Shown here: one piece after another, positions 29,421 to 40,472 of the stretch | Layout: every line of letters begins with the position of its first letter | How positions within the stretch are numbered: position 1 is the first letter of the stretch | Origin: an uncultured Bacillales bacterium | GTDB taxonomy: Bacteria > Bacillota_I > Bacilli_A > RF39 > UBA660 | Direction: 5' to 3' | DNA: 64,000 nt | Assembly: GCA_946624985.1 (NCBI GenBank) | Contig: CAMOSQ010000001.1 | Location: 12,733 to 76,732, forward strand | Program-made: the position numbers and the translations under genes | The notes under the pieces: generated by a model | The model's input: only the letters and a program-made list of their open reading frames with translations | What the model was told of the DNA's origin: nothing | Databases searched by the model: none

Positions 29421-29789
29421 ATGATTCAACAACAAAGTCGTTTAAAAGTTGCTGATAACTCAGGTGCTCGTGAACTTATGGTTATTAGAGTAATGGGTGG
29501 AAGCCACGTTAAGACAGGAAATATCGGTGATATTGTAGTTGGAACTGTAAAAAAAGCTACTCCTGGCGGTACAGTTGAACGCGGTAAAGTTGTTAAGGCT
29601 GTAGTCGTTAGAAGTAAATTTGGTCTAAGAAGAGAAGATGGATCTTATATTAAATTTGATGATAATGCTTGTGTTATTATTAAGGATGATAAGAGTCCAG
29701 TTGGAACTCGTGTATTTGGACCAGTAGCACGTGAATTACGTGATAAAGATTTTATGAAAATTGTATCACTTGCTAAAGAAGTGTTATAG
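29421..29789 (+). CDS. rplN: 50S ribosomal protein L14
   Basis: [19 protein letters not shown]. Confidence 0.97.
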   Translation: MIQQQSRLKVADNSGARELMVIRVMGGSHVKTGNIGDIVVGTVKKATPGGTVERGKVVKAVVVRSKFGLRREDGSYIKFDDNACVIIKDDKSPVGTRVFGPVARELRDKDFMKIVSLAKEVL

Positions 29790-29803
29790 GTTGGAGGAAT
29801 AAT

Positions 29804-30112
29804 ATGAACTTTAAAAAAGGAGATAAAGTAGTTGTTATTTCTGGTAAATCTAAAGGTACTGTTGGAACAATAACTCATGTTATGAGAGATACTAATAAGG
29901 TTATTGTTGAAGGTGCTAATATGGTTAAGAAACATATCAAGCCAAATGGTCAAACTGCTGGAAGTATTGTTGAAGTTGAAGCTCCAATTCATGCTTCTAA
30001 TGTAATGATGGTTGATACTAAAACTAATAAGAGAACCAGAATTGGTCATACTACTGATAAAAAAGGTAATAAAGTTAGAGTTAGTAAAAAATCTAATGAA
30101 CAACTTAATTAA
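29804..30112 (+). CDS. rplX: 50S ribosomal protein L24
   Basis: [18 protein letters not shown] motif. Confidence 0.97.
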   Translation: MNFKKGDKVVVISGKSKGTVGTITHVMRDTNKVIVEGANMVKKHIKPNGQTAGSIVEVEAPIHASNVMMVDTKTNKRTRIGHTTDKKGNKVRVSKKSNEQLN

Positions 30113-30129
30113 TTGGAAGGAGGGTATTT

Positions 30130-30669
30130 ATGAACCACCTAAGAGAAAAATACAATAAAGAAATCATACCTAGTTTAAAGGAGAAATATGGTTATAAGAG
30201 TGTTATGGAAACTCCTAAGTTAGAAAAAATAGTAGTTAATATGGGTGTAGGTGATGCTACAACTAATTCTAAATTGTTAGAAGCTGCTATGAATGATTTA
30301 GAGGTTATAACAGGTCAAAAACCAGTAGCTACTAAAGCTAAAAAAGCAATTGCAGGATTTAAGGTTAGAGAAGGTCAAGCAATTGGATGTAAAGTAACAC
30401 TTCGTGGAGAAAATATGTATAACTTTTTAGATAAGTTAATTAGTATTACATTACCACGTGTTCGTGATTTTAGAGGAATTTCTTCTAAAGCATTTGATGG
30501 TAGAGGAAACTATACTTTAGGTTTAACTGAACAACTTATTTTCTCAGAAATAGAATATGATAACGTTGTTAAAGTTCGTGGGATGGACATTGTTTTTGTA
30601 ACTACTGCAAAGACTAATGAAGAAGCTTACGATTTACTAAAAGGTTTCGGAATGCCATTTAAGAAATAA
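30130..30669 (+). CDS. rplE: 50S ribosomal protein L5
   Basis: [13 protein letters not shown]..., RDFRG. Confidence 0.97.
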   Translation: MNHLREKYNKEIIPSLKEKYGYKSVMETPKLEKIVVNMGVGDATTNSKLLEAAMNDLEVITGQKPVATKAKKAIAGFKVREGQAIGCKVTLRGENMYNFLDKLISITLPRVRDFRGISSKAFDGRGNYTLGLTEQLIFSEIEYDNVVKVRGMDIVFVTTAKTNEEAYDLLKGFGMPFKK

Positions 30670-30685
30670 TTTATAGGAGGATTAT

Positions 30686-30871
30686 ATGGCTAAGAAAAGC
30701 ATGATTGTAAAAGCTAGTCGTAAACCAAAATTCAAAGTACGTGAATATACACGTTGTGAAAGATGCGGAAGACCTCATTCTGTATTAAGAAAATATGGGA
30801 TTTGCCGTATTTGTTTTAGAGAATTAGCTTATAAAGGACAAATACCAGGCGTTAAAAAATCTAGCTGGTAG
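30686..30871 (+). CDS. rpsN: 30S ribosomal protein S14 type Z (zinc-binding)
   Basis: 61 aa; [23 protein letters not shown]. Confidence 0.97.
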   Translation: MAKKSMIVKASRKPKFKVREYTRCERCGRPHSVLRKYGICRICFRELAYKGQIPGVKKSSW

Positions 30872-30889
30872 GATGAAGGGAGGATATAT

Positions 30890-31291
30890 ATGGGATTTGC
30901 AAATGATCCAATCGCAGATATGCTTACAAGAATTCGTAATGCAAATCAAATGCGATATAAAGAAGTTGAAGTACCCGCTTCAAAAATTAAAATCGAAATA
31001 GCAAGAATACTTAAAGATGAAGGATTTATTTCTGATTATAAAATCAAGAAAAATGATGTTCAAAGTATTATTGTTTTAAGTTTAAAATATGGAGATAGAA
31101 AAGAACGTGTAATTACTGGACTTAAGAGAATCTCTAAACCAGGATTACGTGTTTATGCTAAAGCTAATGAACTTCCACGTGTTTTAAATGGTTTAGGTAT
31201 TGCTATCATATCTACTTCTCATGGAGTTATGACTGATAAGGATGCAAGAAAAGAATCATTAGGTGGAGAAGTAATGGCTTACATTTGGTAG
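30890..31291 (+). CDS. rpsH: 30S ribosomal protein S8
   Basis: [13 protein letters not shown]. Confidence 0.97.
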   Translation: MGFANDPIADMLTRIRNANQMRYKEVEVPASKIKIEIARILKDEGFISDYKIKKNDVQSIIVLSLKYGDRKERVITGLKRISKPGLRVYAKANELPRVLNGLGIAIISTSHGVMTDKDARKESLGGEVMAYIW

Positions 31292-31306
31292 AAAGAGAGG
31301 ATTAAT

Positions 31307-31837
31307 ATGAGTCGTATTGGTAATAGAATTCTTACAATACCAGCTGGTGTTACTATTGATGTTAATGATTCTGTAGTAACTGTAAAAGGTCCTAAGGGTG
31401 AACTTTCTACTAATATTGATAAAAATATTACTGTTGAAGTTGAAGGAACTGAAGTTAGAATTACTCGTAAAAATGATAATTTTAAGACAGTTCATGGGAC
31501 TACAAATGCTAACATCAAAAATATGATTGTTGGTGTTTCTACTGGTTTTGAAAAGAAATTAGAGGCTGTAGGTGTTGGATATCGTTTTACAGTTAAAGGT
31601 AATGAGTTAGTTGTAAATGCAGGATATTCTCATCCAGTTAATGTAAAGATACCTACTGGTATTACTGTTGAAAGTCCAAGTAATACTGAATTATTCATAA
31701 GAGGTATTGATAAACAAGCAGTTGGACAATTTGCTGCAGAAGTTAGAAGTATTAGAGAACCAGAACCTTATAAAGGTAAAGGTATTCGTTACTCTGATGA
31801 ACATATCATTCGTAAGGAAGGTAAGAAAGCTGCTTAA
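31307..31837 (+). CDS. rplF: 50S ribosomal protein L6
   Basis: MSRIGNRILTIPAGV...PEPYKGKGIRY. Confidence 0.97.
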   Translation: MSRIGNRILTIPAGVTIDVNDSVVTVKGPKGELSTNIDKNITVEVEGTEVRITRKNDNFKTVHGTTNANIKNMIVGVSTGFEKKLEAVGVGYRFTVKGNELVVNAGYSHPVNVKIPTGITVESPSNTELFIRGIDKQAVGQFAAEVRSIREPEPYKGKGIRYSDEHIIRKEGKKAA

Positions 31838-31861
31838 TAATTAAGTAAAGGAGAGTTATTC

Positions 31862-32224
31862 ATGATAAATAAAAAATCTCGTAATGAAGCACGTATTGCT
31901 AGACATGACCGTGTTAGATCAAAAGTTGTTGGTAATAGTGAAACTCCAAGACTAAATGTATTTAGATCAAACGGGAATATTTTTGCTCAAATCATTGATG
32001 ATAGTTGTGATAAGACATTAGTTAGTGCTTCTTCTATTGACAAGGAATTGAAGCTTGAAAATGGTGGAAATGTTGAAGCTGCAGCTAAAGTTGGTGAATT
32101 ATTAGCTAAGAGAGCTAAAAAAGCAAAAATCACTAAAGTAACTTTTGATAGAGGTGGATACCTATATCATGGACGTGTTAAAGCATTAGCTGATGCTGCA
32201 CGTGAAAATGGATTAGAATTCTAG
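31862..32224 (+). CDS. rplR: 50S ribosomal protein L18
   Basis: [18 protein letters not shown]...[21 protein letters not shown]. Confidence 0.97.
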   Translation: MINKKSRNEARIARHDRVRSKVVGNSETPRLNVFRSNGNIFAQIIDDSCDKTLVSASSIDKELKLENGGNVEAAAKVGELLAKRAKKAKITKVTFDRGGYLYHGRVKALADAARENGLEF

Positions 32225-32232
32225 GAGGAAAT

Positions 32233-32745
32233 ATGGAAAATAAGAAAAGAGAACCAAGAGAACAACGTCAAAAACAATTCGAAGAAGAAGTTATTAATAT
32301 TGGACGTGTTACTAAGGTAACTAAAGGTGGTCGTGATTTCCGTTTCTCTGCTACAGTTGCTGTTGGTGATAGAAAGGGCCGTGTTGGTATTGGTACTGGA
32401 AAAGCTAAAGAAGTACCGGATGCTATTAAGAAGGCTAGTCAAGCTGCAGTTAAGAATGTAGTTAGAGTTTCTATCGTTGATGGAACTATCCCACATGAAG
32501 CTATTGGTGTTAGAGGCGCTAGTAGAGTTATGTTAAAACCTGCTACTGCTGGTACAGGAGTTAAGGCTGGTGGTCCAGTCAGAGCTGTATTAGAATTAGC
32601 TGGTGTTAAAAATATCTTATCTAAATCACTTGGATCAAGTACTAAAATTAATATGGCATTTGCAACTTTAGAGGCTCTTAAGAGTCAAAGAACTATTGAA
32701 CATATTGCTAAATTACGTGGTAAGAAAGTTGAGGAGATCAGATAA
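32233..32745 (+). CDS. rpsE: 30S ribosomal protein S5
   Basis: [21 protein letters not shown]...; stop overlaps the rplO ATG (TAATG). Confidence 0.97.
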   Translation: MENKKREPREQRQKQFEEEVINIGRVTKVTKGGRDFRFSATVAVGDRKGRVGIGTGKAKEVPDAIKKASQAAVKNVVRVSIVDGTIPHEAIGVRGASRVMLKPATAGTGVKAGGPVRAVLELAGVKNILSKSLGSSTKINMAFATLEALKSQRTIEHIAKLRGKKVEEIR

Positions 32746-33188
32746 TGAAGTTAAATACTATTCATCCTGCTGAAGGTGCTACTTTTTCTCGTAAGAGATT
32801 AGGTAGAGGTGTAGGTAGTGGTCTTGGAAAAACTTCAGGAAAAGGTCATAAAGGACAAAATGCACGTAGTGGTGGTGGAGTTAGACCTGGATTTGAAGGT
32901 GGACAATTACCATTATTTAGAAGATTACCAAAACGTGGATTTAGTAATGCTAAGTTCAAAGTAAGATATGCTGTTATTAATTTAAGTGATTTAAATAAAT
33001 TTGAGGATGGTGCTGTTGTAACACCTGAATTATTAAAAGAAATGGGATTAGTTAAGAATCAATTAGATGGAATTAAAGTTTTAGGAAATGGAACTTTAGA
33101 GAAAAAATTAACTGTAAAAGCACATAGATTTTCAGATGTTGCATTTGCAGAAATAGAAAAATTAGGTGGAAAAGCTGAGGTGATTTAA
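32745..33188 (+). CDS. rplO: 50S ribosomal protein L15
   Basis: [19 protein letters not shown]. Confidence 0.97.
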   Translation: MKLNTIHPAEGATFSRKRLGRGVGSGLGKTSGKGHKGQNARSGGGVRPGFEGGQLPLFRRLPKRGFSNAKFKVRYAVINLSDLNKFEDGAVVTPELLKEMGLVKNQLDGIKVLGNGTLEKKLTVKAHRFSDVAFAEIEKLGGKAEVI

Positions 33189-34444
33189 TGTTTGCGACAG
33201 TAAAGCAGATATTTGCACCAAAGAATAAAGAAATTAGAAAAAGAATATTATTTACATTAGCTGTATTATTTGTTTTTAAGTTAGGAACTGCTATTGTTAT
33301 TCCTGGTGTTAATGTAGCTCAAATTAATAATTTAGGATTTTTTGAATTATTAGATGTTATGGGTGGAGGAGCTTTATCAAATGTTTCTATATTTGCACTT
33401 GGTGTTTCTCCATATATCACTGCTTCTATCATAATTCAGTTATTGGAGATGGATATTGTTCCTTATCTTGCTGAATTATCTAAACAAGGTGGAACTGGTA
33501 GAGCTAAGTTAAATCAAATTACACGTATTGTCGGAATCATTCTTGCATTTGTTCAAGGATATATGTTTTCATTTACATATATTAAGGGTCATAATGTTAC
33601 TGAATATATGTTATTCTCACTAGTATTGACTGCAGGTACATGTTTTGTTTTATGGCTTGCTGATCAAATAACAAGCAAGGGTGTAGGTAATGGTACAAGT
33701 ATTATTATAATGGCTGGTATAGTTTCTAGTATGCCAAACATGTTTAAGAATGCTTGGACTACTTTTACTGGTAATAGTGGTAATTTTGGAATTGCATTGT
33801 TTATTGCTTATGTTTTAGTTTATATAGCGCTTATTATTGGTATTATATTTATTGAAACTTCTGAGCGTAGAATTCCTATACAATATTCAAATAAGACTAG
33901 TGGCACTTTTTCAAATCAAAATTATATTCCTTTTAAATTAAATTCTGCTGGTGTAATGCCTGTAATATTTGCTTCTGCACTTATTACTATTCCTGGTGTT
34001 ATTGCTGGATTTATTAATAAACAAGGATTTAAGGATTTTGTTTCGAAATGGTTAAATATGTCTAGTGGTACAGGTTTTGTTTTATATATATTATTTATAT
34101 TTGCTTTTTCATATTTTTATACATTCTTACAAATTAAACCAAAAGAAATGGCTGAAAATTTGAATAAGAATGGTGGTTATATTCCAGGAGTAAGACCTGG
34201 TAATGAAACAATTAATTATGTTAATAAGGTACTTAAAAATTTAACTGTTTTTGGTGCTTTAGGACTTGCTTTTTTAGCAGCTCTTCCAATTATATTTGGT
34301 ATTGTTACTAAATTAGGTGGTAATATCACTTTAGGTGGAACTGGTATTTTGATTGTTATAGGTGTTTGTTTGGAAACTTATAAACAAATAGAGAGTCAAC
34401 TTGTTAGTCATACTTATAAGAGAGGAAGAAGGAGAAGTCGATGA
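33188..34444 (+). CDS. secY: Preprotein translocase subunit SecY
   Basis: 10-TM; GVSPYITASIIIQLL, NGGYIPGVRPG. Confidence 0.97.
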   Translation: MFATVKQIFAPKNKEIRKRILFTLAVLFVFKLGTAIVIPGVNVAQINNLGFFELLDVMGGGALSNVSIFALGVSPYITASIIIQLLEMDIVPYLAELSKQGGTGRAKLNQITRIVGIILAFVQGYMFSFTYIKGHNVTEYMLFSLVLTAGTCFVLWLADQITSKGVGNGTSIIIMAGIVSSMPNMFKNAWTTFTGNSGNFGIALFIAYVLVYIALIIGIIFIETSERRIPIQYSNKTSGTFSNQNYIPFKLNSAGVMPVIFASALITIPGVIAGFINKQGFKDFVSKWLNMSSGTGFVLYILFIFAFSYFYTFLQIKPKEMAENLNKNGGYIPGVRPGNETINYVNKVLKNLTVFGALGLAFLAALPIIFGIVTKLGGNITLGGTGILIVIGVCLETYKQIESQLVSHTYKRGRRRSR

Positions 34445-35091
34445 GAAGTATTATTCTTATAGCCCCACCTGCTGCAGGTAAGGGAACTCAATCTGATATG
34501 CTTGTTGAGAAATATGGTTTTGCTCATATTTCTACAGGTGATATGTTAAGAGAGGTAGCTAAGACTGATGAAGTTATTAAGAGTAAACTTGAAAATGGTG
34601 AACTTATTAGTGATGATATAGTTTTTGATTTACTTCAAAAAAGATTAATTTCAGATGATTGTAAAAAAGGATTTATACTTGATGGTTTTCCAAGAAATGT
34701 TAATCAAGCAAAGAGATACGATCAAATTGTAGAAGAACTTGGTATTAGTTCAAATGTTGTTATTTATTTAGATGTTGATAAAGAAACTGCTTTAAAACGT
34801 ATTGTTGGAAGAGTAAGTTGTCCTAATTGTCATCGTGTATTTAATGATATGATTGAAGAAGCTATGCCGAAGGTTTCTGGAAAATGTGATGATTGTAGTA
34901 GTGAGCTTATTAGAAGAACTGATGATAATAGTGAGACTTTTGGTAAGCGTTATGATGTATATATCAATAATACTGCTCCACTTATTGATTATTATTTAGA
35001 AAAAGGTATTCTTCATAAAGTTGATAGTGGAATGGGTAAGGATGAAATTTTTGAAGTTATAGAAGGAATCTTAGGTGGTATTAATGATTAG
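34441..35091 (+). CDS. adk: Adenylate kinase (zinc lid type)
   Basis: APPAAGKGTQ; lid CPNC...CDDC. Confidence 0.97.
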   Translation: MRSIILIAPPAAGKGTQSDMLVEKYGFAHISTGDMLREVAKTDEVIKSKLENGELISDDIVFDLLQKRLISDDCKKGFILDGFPRNVNQAKRYDQIVEELGISSNVVIYLDVDKETALKRIVGRVSCPNCHRVFNDMIEEAMPKVSGKCDDCSSELIRRTDDNSETFGKRYDVYINNTAPLIDYYLEKGILHKVDSGMGKDEIFEVIEGILGGIND

Positions 35092-35830
35092 TATTAAAAC
35101 ACCTGAAGAAATTGAGTTATTGAGAATTGCTGGGAAGATTACTGGTGATACTCATAATTATTTAAAAAAGTTTGTAAAGCCAGGGGTTACTACTGGTGAA
35201 CTAGATAAATTGGCGTATGATTACATATTAAGTCGTGGTTGTACTCCTTCGTTTAAGGGTTATGATGGGTTTCCTGGTACAATTTGTACATCTGTTAATG
35301 ATGAGGTTGTTCATGGAATCCCTGGTAATCGTGTATTAGAGGAGGGGGATATCATTTCTCTTGATATTGGTGCTTGTTATAAGGGATATCATGGTGATTC
35401 TGCCTGGACATATCCGGTAGGCAAGATAAGTAAGAAGTGCGAAGATTTATTAGAATGGACTCGAGAATCTTTATTTGAAGGTTTGTCTGTTATAAAGGAT
35501 GGAGCTCATGTAGGTGATATTGGTGCTGCAGTAAGTAAGTGTGCAAGACGTCATAATTTGGGTGTTGTTCGTGAACTTGTTGGACATGGAGTTGGAACTG
35601 ATGTTCATGAGGATCCTGATGTTCCTAATTATGGTTTTGCTGGTACAGGTCCTGTTTTAAAGGAAGGTATGGTTATTGCAGTTGAGCCTATGCTTAATTT
35701 AGGTACTCCTAAAATATATATATTAGATGATGACTGGACAATTATAACAGCTGACGGTAAACCATCTGCCCATTTTGAACATACTGTACTTGTTACAAAG
35801 GATGGGTATGAAATTTTAACAAAGAGGTGA
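35084..35830 (+). CDS. map: Methionine aminopeptidase type I
   Basis: [14 protein letters not shown]..., HGIP, DIGA, FEHTV. ATG 35084 overlaps the adk end; track start 35075 is GTG. Confidence 0.95.
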   Translation: MISIKTPEEIELLRIAGKITGDTHNYLKKFVKPGVTTGELDKLAYDYILSRGCTPSFKGYDGFPGTICTSVNDEVVHGIPGNRVLEEGDIISLDIGACYKGYHGDSAWTYPVGKISKKCEDLLEWTRESLFEGLSVIKDGAHVGDIGAAVSKCARRHNLGVVRELVGHGVGTDVHEDPDVPNYGFAGTGPVLKEGMVIAVEPMLNLGTPKIYILDDDWTIITADGKPSAHFEHTVLVTKDGYEILTKR

Positions 35831-35834
35831 TTTG

Positions 35835-36053
35835 ATGGCTAAAGATGATGTTATTGAAGTAACTGGTAAAGTAATTGAAGCCTTACCAAATGGTGAATTT
35901 AAAGTAGAACTAGAGAACAAACATATTGTAAATGCTCACGTTTCTGGTAAAATCCGAATGTATAATATTCGCATTTTAGTAGGTGATACAGTAACTCTAG
36001 AATTATCTACGTATGATTTAACACGTGGGCGCATAACCTATAGGAAAAATTAG
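35835..36053 (+). CDS. infA: Translation initiation factor IF-1
   Basis: [28 protein letters not shown]... Confidence 0.97.
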   Translation: MAKDDVIEVTGKVIEALPNGEFKVELENKHIVNAHVSGKIRMYNIRILVGDTVTLELSTYDLTRGRITYRKN

Positions 36054-36063
36054 GAGGTAAATT

Positions 36064-36177
36064 ATGAAAGTAAGAGCATCTGTAAAAAAGATTTGTCCAA
36101 AATGTAAAATTATTAGACGTAGGGGTAAGATTTATGTAATCTGTGAAAACCCTAAACATAAACAAAGACAAGGTTAA
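36064..36177 (+). CDS. rpmJ: 50S ribosomal protein L36 (zinc-binding form)
   Basis: Not in the ORF track (37 aa). [37 protein letters not shown] after AGGAGG; between infA and rpsM as expected. Confidence 0.95.
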   Translation: MKVRASVKKICPKCKIIRRRGKIYVICENPKHKQRQG

Positions 36178-36191
36178 TAGGAGGTGTTAAT

Positions 36192-36557
36192 ATGGCACGT
36201 ATTAAAGGTGTGGATGTACCAAATAATAAGAGAAGTGAAATTGCTTTAACTTATATTTATGGTATTGGAAGAAGTTTATCAAATAAAATATTAACTGATG
36301 CTAAAGTTGATGTTAATAAGAAGGCAGGAGATTTAACTAATGACGAATTAGCTCGTATTCGTGATGAAATTAATAAGTATACTACAGAAGGTGATTTACG
36401 TCGTGAAGTTAATATGAATATTAAGACTAAGATGGAAATCAATTCGTATCAAGGAACTCGTCATAAAAAAGGTTTACCTGTTCGTGGACAAAGAACAAAT
36501 AGAAATGCAAGAACTCGTAAAGGTAAAGGTAAAGTTGTTGCTAATAAGAAGAAATAG
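36192..36557 (+). CDS. rpsM: 30S ribosomal protein S13
   Basis: [14 protein letters not shown]... Confidence 0.97.
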   Translation: MARIKGVDVPNNKRSEIALTYIYGIGRSLSNKILTDAKVDVNKKAGDLTNDELARIRDEINKYTTEGDLRREVNMNIKTKMEINSYQGTRHKKGLPVRGQRTNRNARTRKGKGKVVANKKK

Positions 36558-36578
36558 ACCAAAAAGGAGGTTATTTAA

Positions 36579-36962
36579 ATGGCTTATAAATCAAGAAAAC
36601 GTAAAGTTAAGAAGAATGTACCACAAGGTAAAGCATTTATTCATACAACTTTCAATAATACTATCGTTACTGTTAGTGATTTAGAAGGTAATGTAATAAG
36701 TTGGGCTTCTGCTGGTACTTTAGGATTTAAAGGTAGTAAAAAGTCTACTCCATTTGCTGCTGGTATGGCTGCTGAAGCTGCAGGTCGTGCTGCTGTAGAT
36801 ATGGGAATGAAAACTGTTAAGGTTTTTGTTAAAGGATTAGGATCAGGACGTGAGACAGCTATTAGATCACTTCAAACAGCTGGACTTGAAATTGAGACAA
36901 TCTCTGATGTAACACCTATTCCACATAATGGATGTCGTCCACCAAAACGTCCTCGTGGATAA
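36579..36962 (+). CDS. rpsK: 30S ribosomal protein S11
   Basis: [18 protein letters not shown]...[12 protein letters not shown]. Confidence 0.97.
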   Translation: MAYKSRKRKVKKNVPQGKAFIHTTFNNTIVTVSDLEGNVISWASAGTLGFKGSKKSTPFAAGMAAEAAGRAAVDMGMKTVKVFVKGLGSGRETAIRSLQTAGLEIETISDVTPIPHNGCRPPKRPRG

Positions 36963-36982
36963 TAGAAAAGGAGTGTTAAATA

Positions 36983-37933
36983 ATGTTGAATTTTGAAAAA
37001 CCTATTTATAAGATAACTGATTATATTGAAGGTAATAATTATGGTAAGTTTGAACTTGAGCCACTTGAAAGAGGTTTTGGAACTACTTTAGGTAATGCTC
37101 TTAGACGTGTTATGTTATCTTCTATGCCTGGATCTGCAATTGTTGCTTTTAAGGCTGCAGGTGTAATGCATGAATTTACTACTATCGAAGGTATAGTTGA
37201 GGATGTAACTACAATTGTTTTAAACTTAAAAAGTATTGTTATTAAGAATAATACTGATGAGGTTAAAAAGTTAACTTTATCTGTTAATGAAGAAAAGACT
37301 GTAACTGCTGCTGATATAGTTACTGATGGTGATGTTGAAATTATTAATCCTGATCAGGTAATTTGTACTGTTTCTAAGGGTGGTAAATTAGAAATGGAAT
37401 TATTGGTTGCTAATGGTCGTGGATATGTTCCTTCAAATGAGAATAAATCTTTTGTTGAAAATCAAAAAATAGGATTTATCCCTATTGATGCATTATATTC
37501 TCCAATTGAGAGAATTAGTTATGAGGTTGAATCTGCTCGTGTTGGTCAAGATGCAAGTTATGATAAGTTAATTATGAATGTTCAAACTAATGGTTCTTTA
37601 AGACCTGAGGAGGCTATGGCTTTAGCTTCTAAGATATTAATTGAGCATTTAAATATAGTTACTAATTTAAGCGAAATTGCTGATATGACTGGAATTATGA
37701 ATGCTAAACAAGAGGATAGTAAGATGAAGAAGTTAGAAACTTCTATTGATGATTTAGATTTCTCAGTTAGAGCTTATAATTGTTTGAAAAGAGCTGGTGT
37801 TAATACACTTGGTGATTTAACAGAAAAATCAGAGTTAGAAATGATGAAAATACGTAATTTAGGTAAGAAGTCTTTAAAAGAAGTTATGGATAAGATTAAA
37901 GATATGGGACTTAAATTCCGTGAAGAAGACTAG
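36983..37933 (+). CDS. rpoA: DNA-directed RNA polymerase subunit alpha
   Basis: [17 protein letters not shown]; C-terminal domain [15 protein letters not shown]. Confidence 0.97.
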   Translation: MLNFEKPIYKITDYIEGNNYGKFELEPLERGFGTTLGNALRRVMLSSMPGSAIVAFKAAGVMHEFTTIEGIVEDVTTIVLNLKSIVIKNNTDEVKKLTLSVNEEKTVTAADIVTDGDVEIINPDQVICTVSKGGKLEMELLVANGRGYVPSNENKSFVENQKIGFIPIDALYSPIERISYEVESARVGQDASYDKLIMNVQTNGSLRPEEAMALASKILIEHLNIVTNLSEIADMTGIMNAKQEDSKMKKLETSIDDLDFSVRAYNCLKRAGVNTLGDLTEKSELEMMKIRNLGKKSLKEVMDKIKDMGLKFREED

Positions 37934-37947
37934 TTAGGAGGAGTAAT

Positions 37948-38304
37948 ATGGCTTACAGAAAATTAGGTCGTACTAATAAACATAGAAGAAGTATGCTTGC
38001 TAATTTAACTAAGGACTTAATTAATAATGAAAGAATTGAAACAACTGAAACTAGAGCTAAAGAAGTTCGTAAGTTTGTTGATAAGATGATTACTTATGGT
38101 AAAGATGGTTCTTTAGTTGCTAGAAGAAATGCACTTGCATTCTTACAAAATGACAAAGAAACTGTTAAGAAAGTTTTTGATGATTTAGCTAAAAGATATG
38201 CAAACCGTAATGGTGGTTATACTAGAATCTTAAAGTTAAATGAAAGAAGAGGAGACGACGCTTTAGTTGTTATTCTTGAATTAGTTGAAGGAGATGCTAA
38301 ATAG
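37948..38304 (+). CDS. rplQ: 50S ribosomal protein L17
   Basis: [20 protein letters not shown]...GGYTRI. Confidence 0.97.
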   Translation: MAYRKLGRTNKHRRSMLANLTKDLINNERIETTETRAKEVRKFVDKMITYGKDGSLVARRNALAFLQNDKETVKKVFDDLAKRYANRNGGYTRILKLNERRGDDALVVILELVEGDAK

Positions 38305-38315
38305 CATCTTTTTTT
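38293..38315 (+). terminator. Rho-independent terminator of the alpha operon
   Basis: gatgcta-aa-tagcatc followed by ttttttt; overlaps the rplQ stop. Confidence 0.55.
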
Positions 38316-38484
38316 GCTATGTTAATGGTAATATATTTGTAAGATAAGATGAGTATATGTGTTTACATTTTTGTTTGTAGAGTATTATATATAGTGATAG
38401 TATATGCTAATTAATATTTTGTAATATTTTTGTTATGATTGTTTTTGTTTTTTTATTCATATAATATTTTGAAGGAGTGTTAAT

Positions 38485-39570
38485 GTGAGTAAAAAAATAT
38501 GTGTGTATGCGATTTGTAAGAATGAAGAGAAATTTGTTGATAGATGGATGGATTCTGTTAGTGAGGCTGATTTTGTTTATGTTTTGGATACTGGTTCTAC
38601 GGATAATACTGCTTCCAAGTTGAAGGAAAGAGGTGCAATTGTCAAATCTATGAAAATTGATCCATGGAGGTTTGATGTTGCGCGTAATGAGTCTTTGAAT
38701 ATGGTTCCTGATGATACTGATATATGTGTATGTATTGATTTGGATGAGGTTATTGAACCTGGATGGAGGAATAAATTAGAAAATATTTGGAAAGATGGAA
38801 CTACAAAACTTAGGTATAATTATAATTGGAGTTTTGATTTTAATGGAAATCCTGCTGTAAATTTTTATATTGAAAAAATTCATTCTAGAAATGATTATGT
38901 TTGGACTCATCCTGTTCATGAGGTTTTATCATTTAAGGGTGTTAAGGAGGTTTTTATTACTACTGATTTAATTACTGTTAACCATTATCCTGATCGTAAT
39001 AAATCTAGGAGTAGTTATTTACCTTTGTTAGAATTGTCTGTTAAAGAGTGTCCAAATGATGATAGGAATATGCATTATTTAGGTCGTGAATATATGTATT
39101 ATGGTAAATGGAATGAATCTATTGATACTTTAATTAAGCATTTAAATATGAAAAATGCGACCTGGCGTGATGAGCGTTGTGCATCTATGAGATTTATTGC
39201 GCGCTGTTATACCAATTTAGAAAGGTATGAAGAGGCACGAATGTGGTTAGATAAGGCTATTGAGGAGGCTCCTTATTTGAGGGATCCTTTTGTTGAGAGG
39301 GCATTACTTGAATATCGTTTAGAAAATTGGGAGATGGTTGAAAAATATTGTTTGGATGCTTTAAAAATTGATAAGTGTACGAAGAGTTATATAAATGAAC
39401 CTTTTAGTTGGGATCATACTATCTATGATTTATTATCGTTGAGTTATTATTATAGGGGTGATTATGACTTATCTTATAAATATGTTAAAAATGCTTTAGA
39501 AATTTCTCCTGATGATGAGAGACTTAAGAATAATAAAATTATTATTGAGAAAGAATTTAATATGAAATAA
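38485..39570 (+). CDS. Glycosyltransferase (GT2-like) with C-terminal TPR-like repeats
   Basis: GTG start after AAGGAG. VYAICKNEEKFVDRWMDS...LDTGSTDNT...DLDE (DxD). The C-terminal half has TPR-like Y/A/L periodicity. Confidence 0.65.
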   Translation: MSKKICVYAICKNEEKFVDRWMDSVSEADFVYVLDTGSTDNTASKLKERGAIVKSMKIDPWRFDVARNESLNMVPDDTDICVCIDLDEVIEPGWRNKLENIWKDGTTKLRYNYNWSFDFNGNPAVNFYIEKIHSRNDYVWTHPVHEVLSFKGVKEVFITTDLITVNHYPDRNKSRSSYLPLLELSVKECPNDDRNMHYLGREYMYYGKWNESIDTLIKHLNMKNATWRDERCASMRFIARCYTNLERYEEARMWLDKAIEEAPYLRDPFVERALLEYRLENWEMVEKYCLDALKIDKCTKSYINEPFSWDHTIYDLLSLSYYYRGDYDLSYKYVKNALEISPDDERLKNNKIIIEKEFNMK

Positions 39571-39665
39571 TTATTTGTAATTATTTCTTTTTATTTTTAA
39601 AAACGGTATGTTTTTTGTTGTAAAAAAGATTTATTTATACTAAAATGTATATAGGGTGGTAGGGT

Positions 39666-40472
39666 ATGGATAGTATAGTTATTAATAATCTTAGTTTTAG
39701 CTATGATGATAAAATTATTTTTGATAATTTAAGTTTATCCATAAAAAATGGTGTTTTTACTACTATTCTAGGAAATAATGGAAGTGGAAAGAGTACTTTA
39801 GTTAAGATATTATGTGGTCTTCTTGATTTTTCTGGTTCAATTAATATTTGTGGTTTTGAATTATGTAGTTCTAATATTAGTTCTATAAGGCGAAATATTG
39901 GTGTTGTTTTTGAGAACCCTGATAATTGTTTGATTTCGGAAACTGTTTTGGAAGATTTAGCTTTTCCTCTTGAAAATTTAAATTGTTCTAGGGATTTTAT
40001 TTATTCTAAAATTAATGAAATTAGTAATTATCTTGGTATATCTCATTTGCTTAAAAAGTCTTGTAGTGAATTAAGTGGTGGGGAAAAACAACTTGTTAGT
40101 TTGGGCTGTGCTTTAATAACAGGTCCTAGTGTTTTAATTTTAGATGAGGCTTTATCTATGTTGGATTTGAAAAGTAAAAAGAAAGTGTTATCGATTTTAA
40201 AAAAGGTTAAGAAGGATTATGATGTAACTATAATTAATGTCACTCATGATATTGAAGAAAGTGTTTATGGTGATGAAATTCTTCTTCTTAATAATGGAAG
40301 TGTTATTATTCAGGATGAAAAAACAGAGGTTTATAAGTGTGAGAAAGATTTGAAGAAATATGGATTTGATTTACCTTTTATGGTTGATTTATCTAATAGG
40401 TTATCATATTATGATTTAGTTGATGGTTTTATTTTTGATATGAATCAAATGGTGGATGTTTTATGGAAGTAA
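39666..40472 (+). CDS. ecfA1: ECF transporter ATPase subunit EcfA1
   Basis: GNNGSGKST, LSGGEKQ, LILDEA; rplQ-ecfAAT-truA synteny. Confidence 0.9.
   Translation: MDSIVINNLSFSYDDKIIFDNLSLSIKNGVFTTILGNNGSGKSTLVKILCGLLDFSGSINICGFELCSSNISSIRRNIGVVFENPDNCLISETVLEDLAFPLENLNCSRDFIYSKINEISNYLGISHLLKKSCSELSGGEKQLVSLGCALITGPSVLILDEALSMLDLKSKKKVLSILKKVKKDYDVTIINVTHDIEESVYGDEILLLNNGSVIIQDEKTEVYKCEKDLKKYGFDLPFMVDLSNRLSYYDLVDGFIFDMNQMVDVLWK

Noticed and set aside
29645-30103. 152-aa minus-strand ORF (also 27382-27687, 31259-31495, 32221-32496, 36257-36442 and 25797-26009 on the minus strand)
   Set aside because: All are antisense shadow frames inside highly conserved ribosomal protein genes, with no RBS and low-complexity N/S/I-rich translations.
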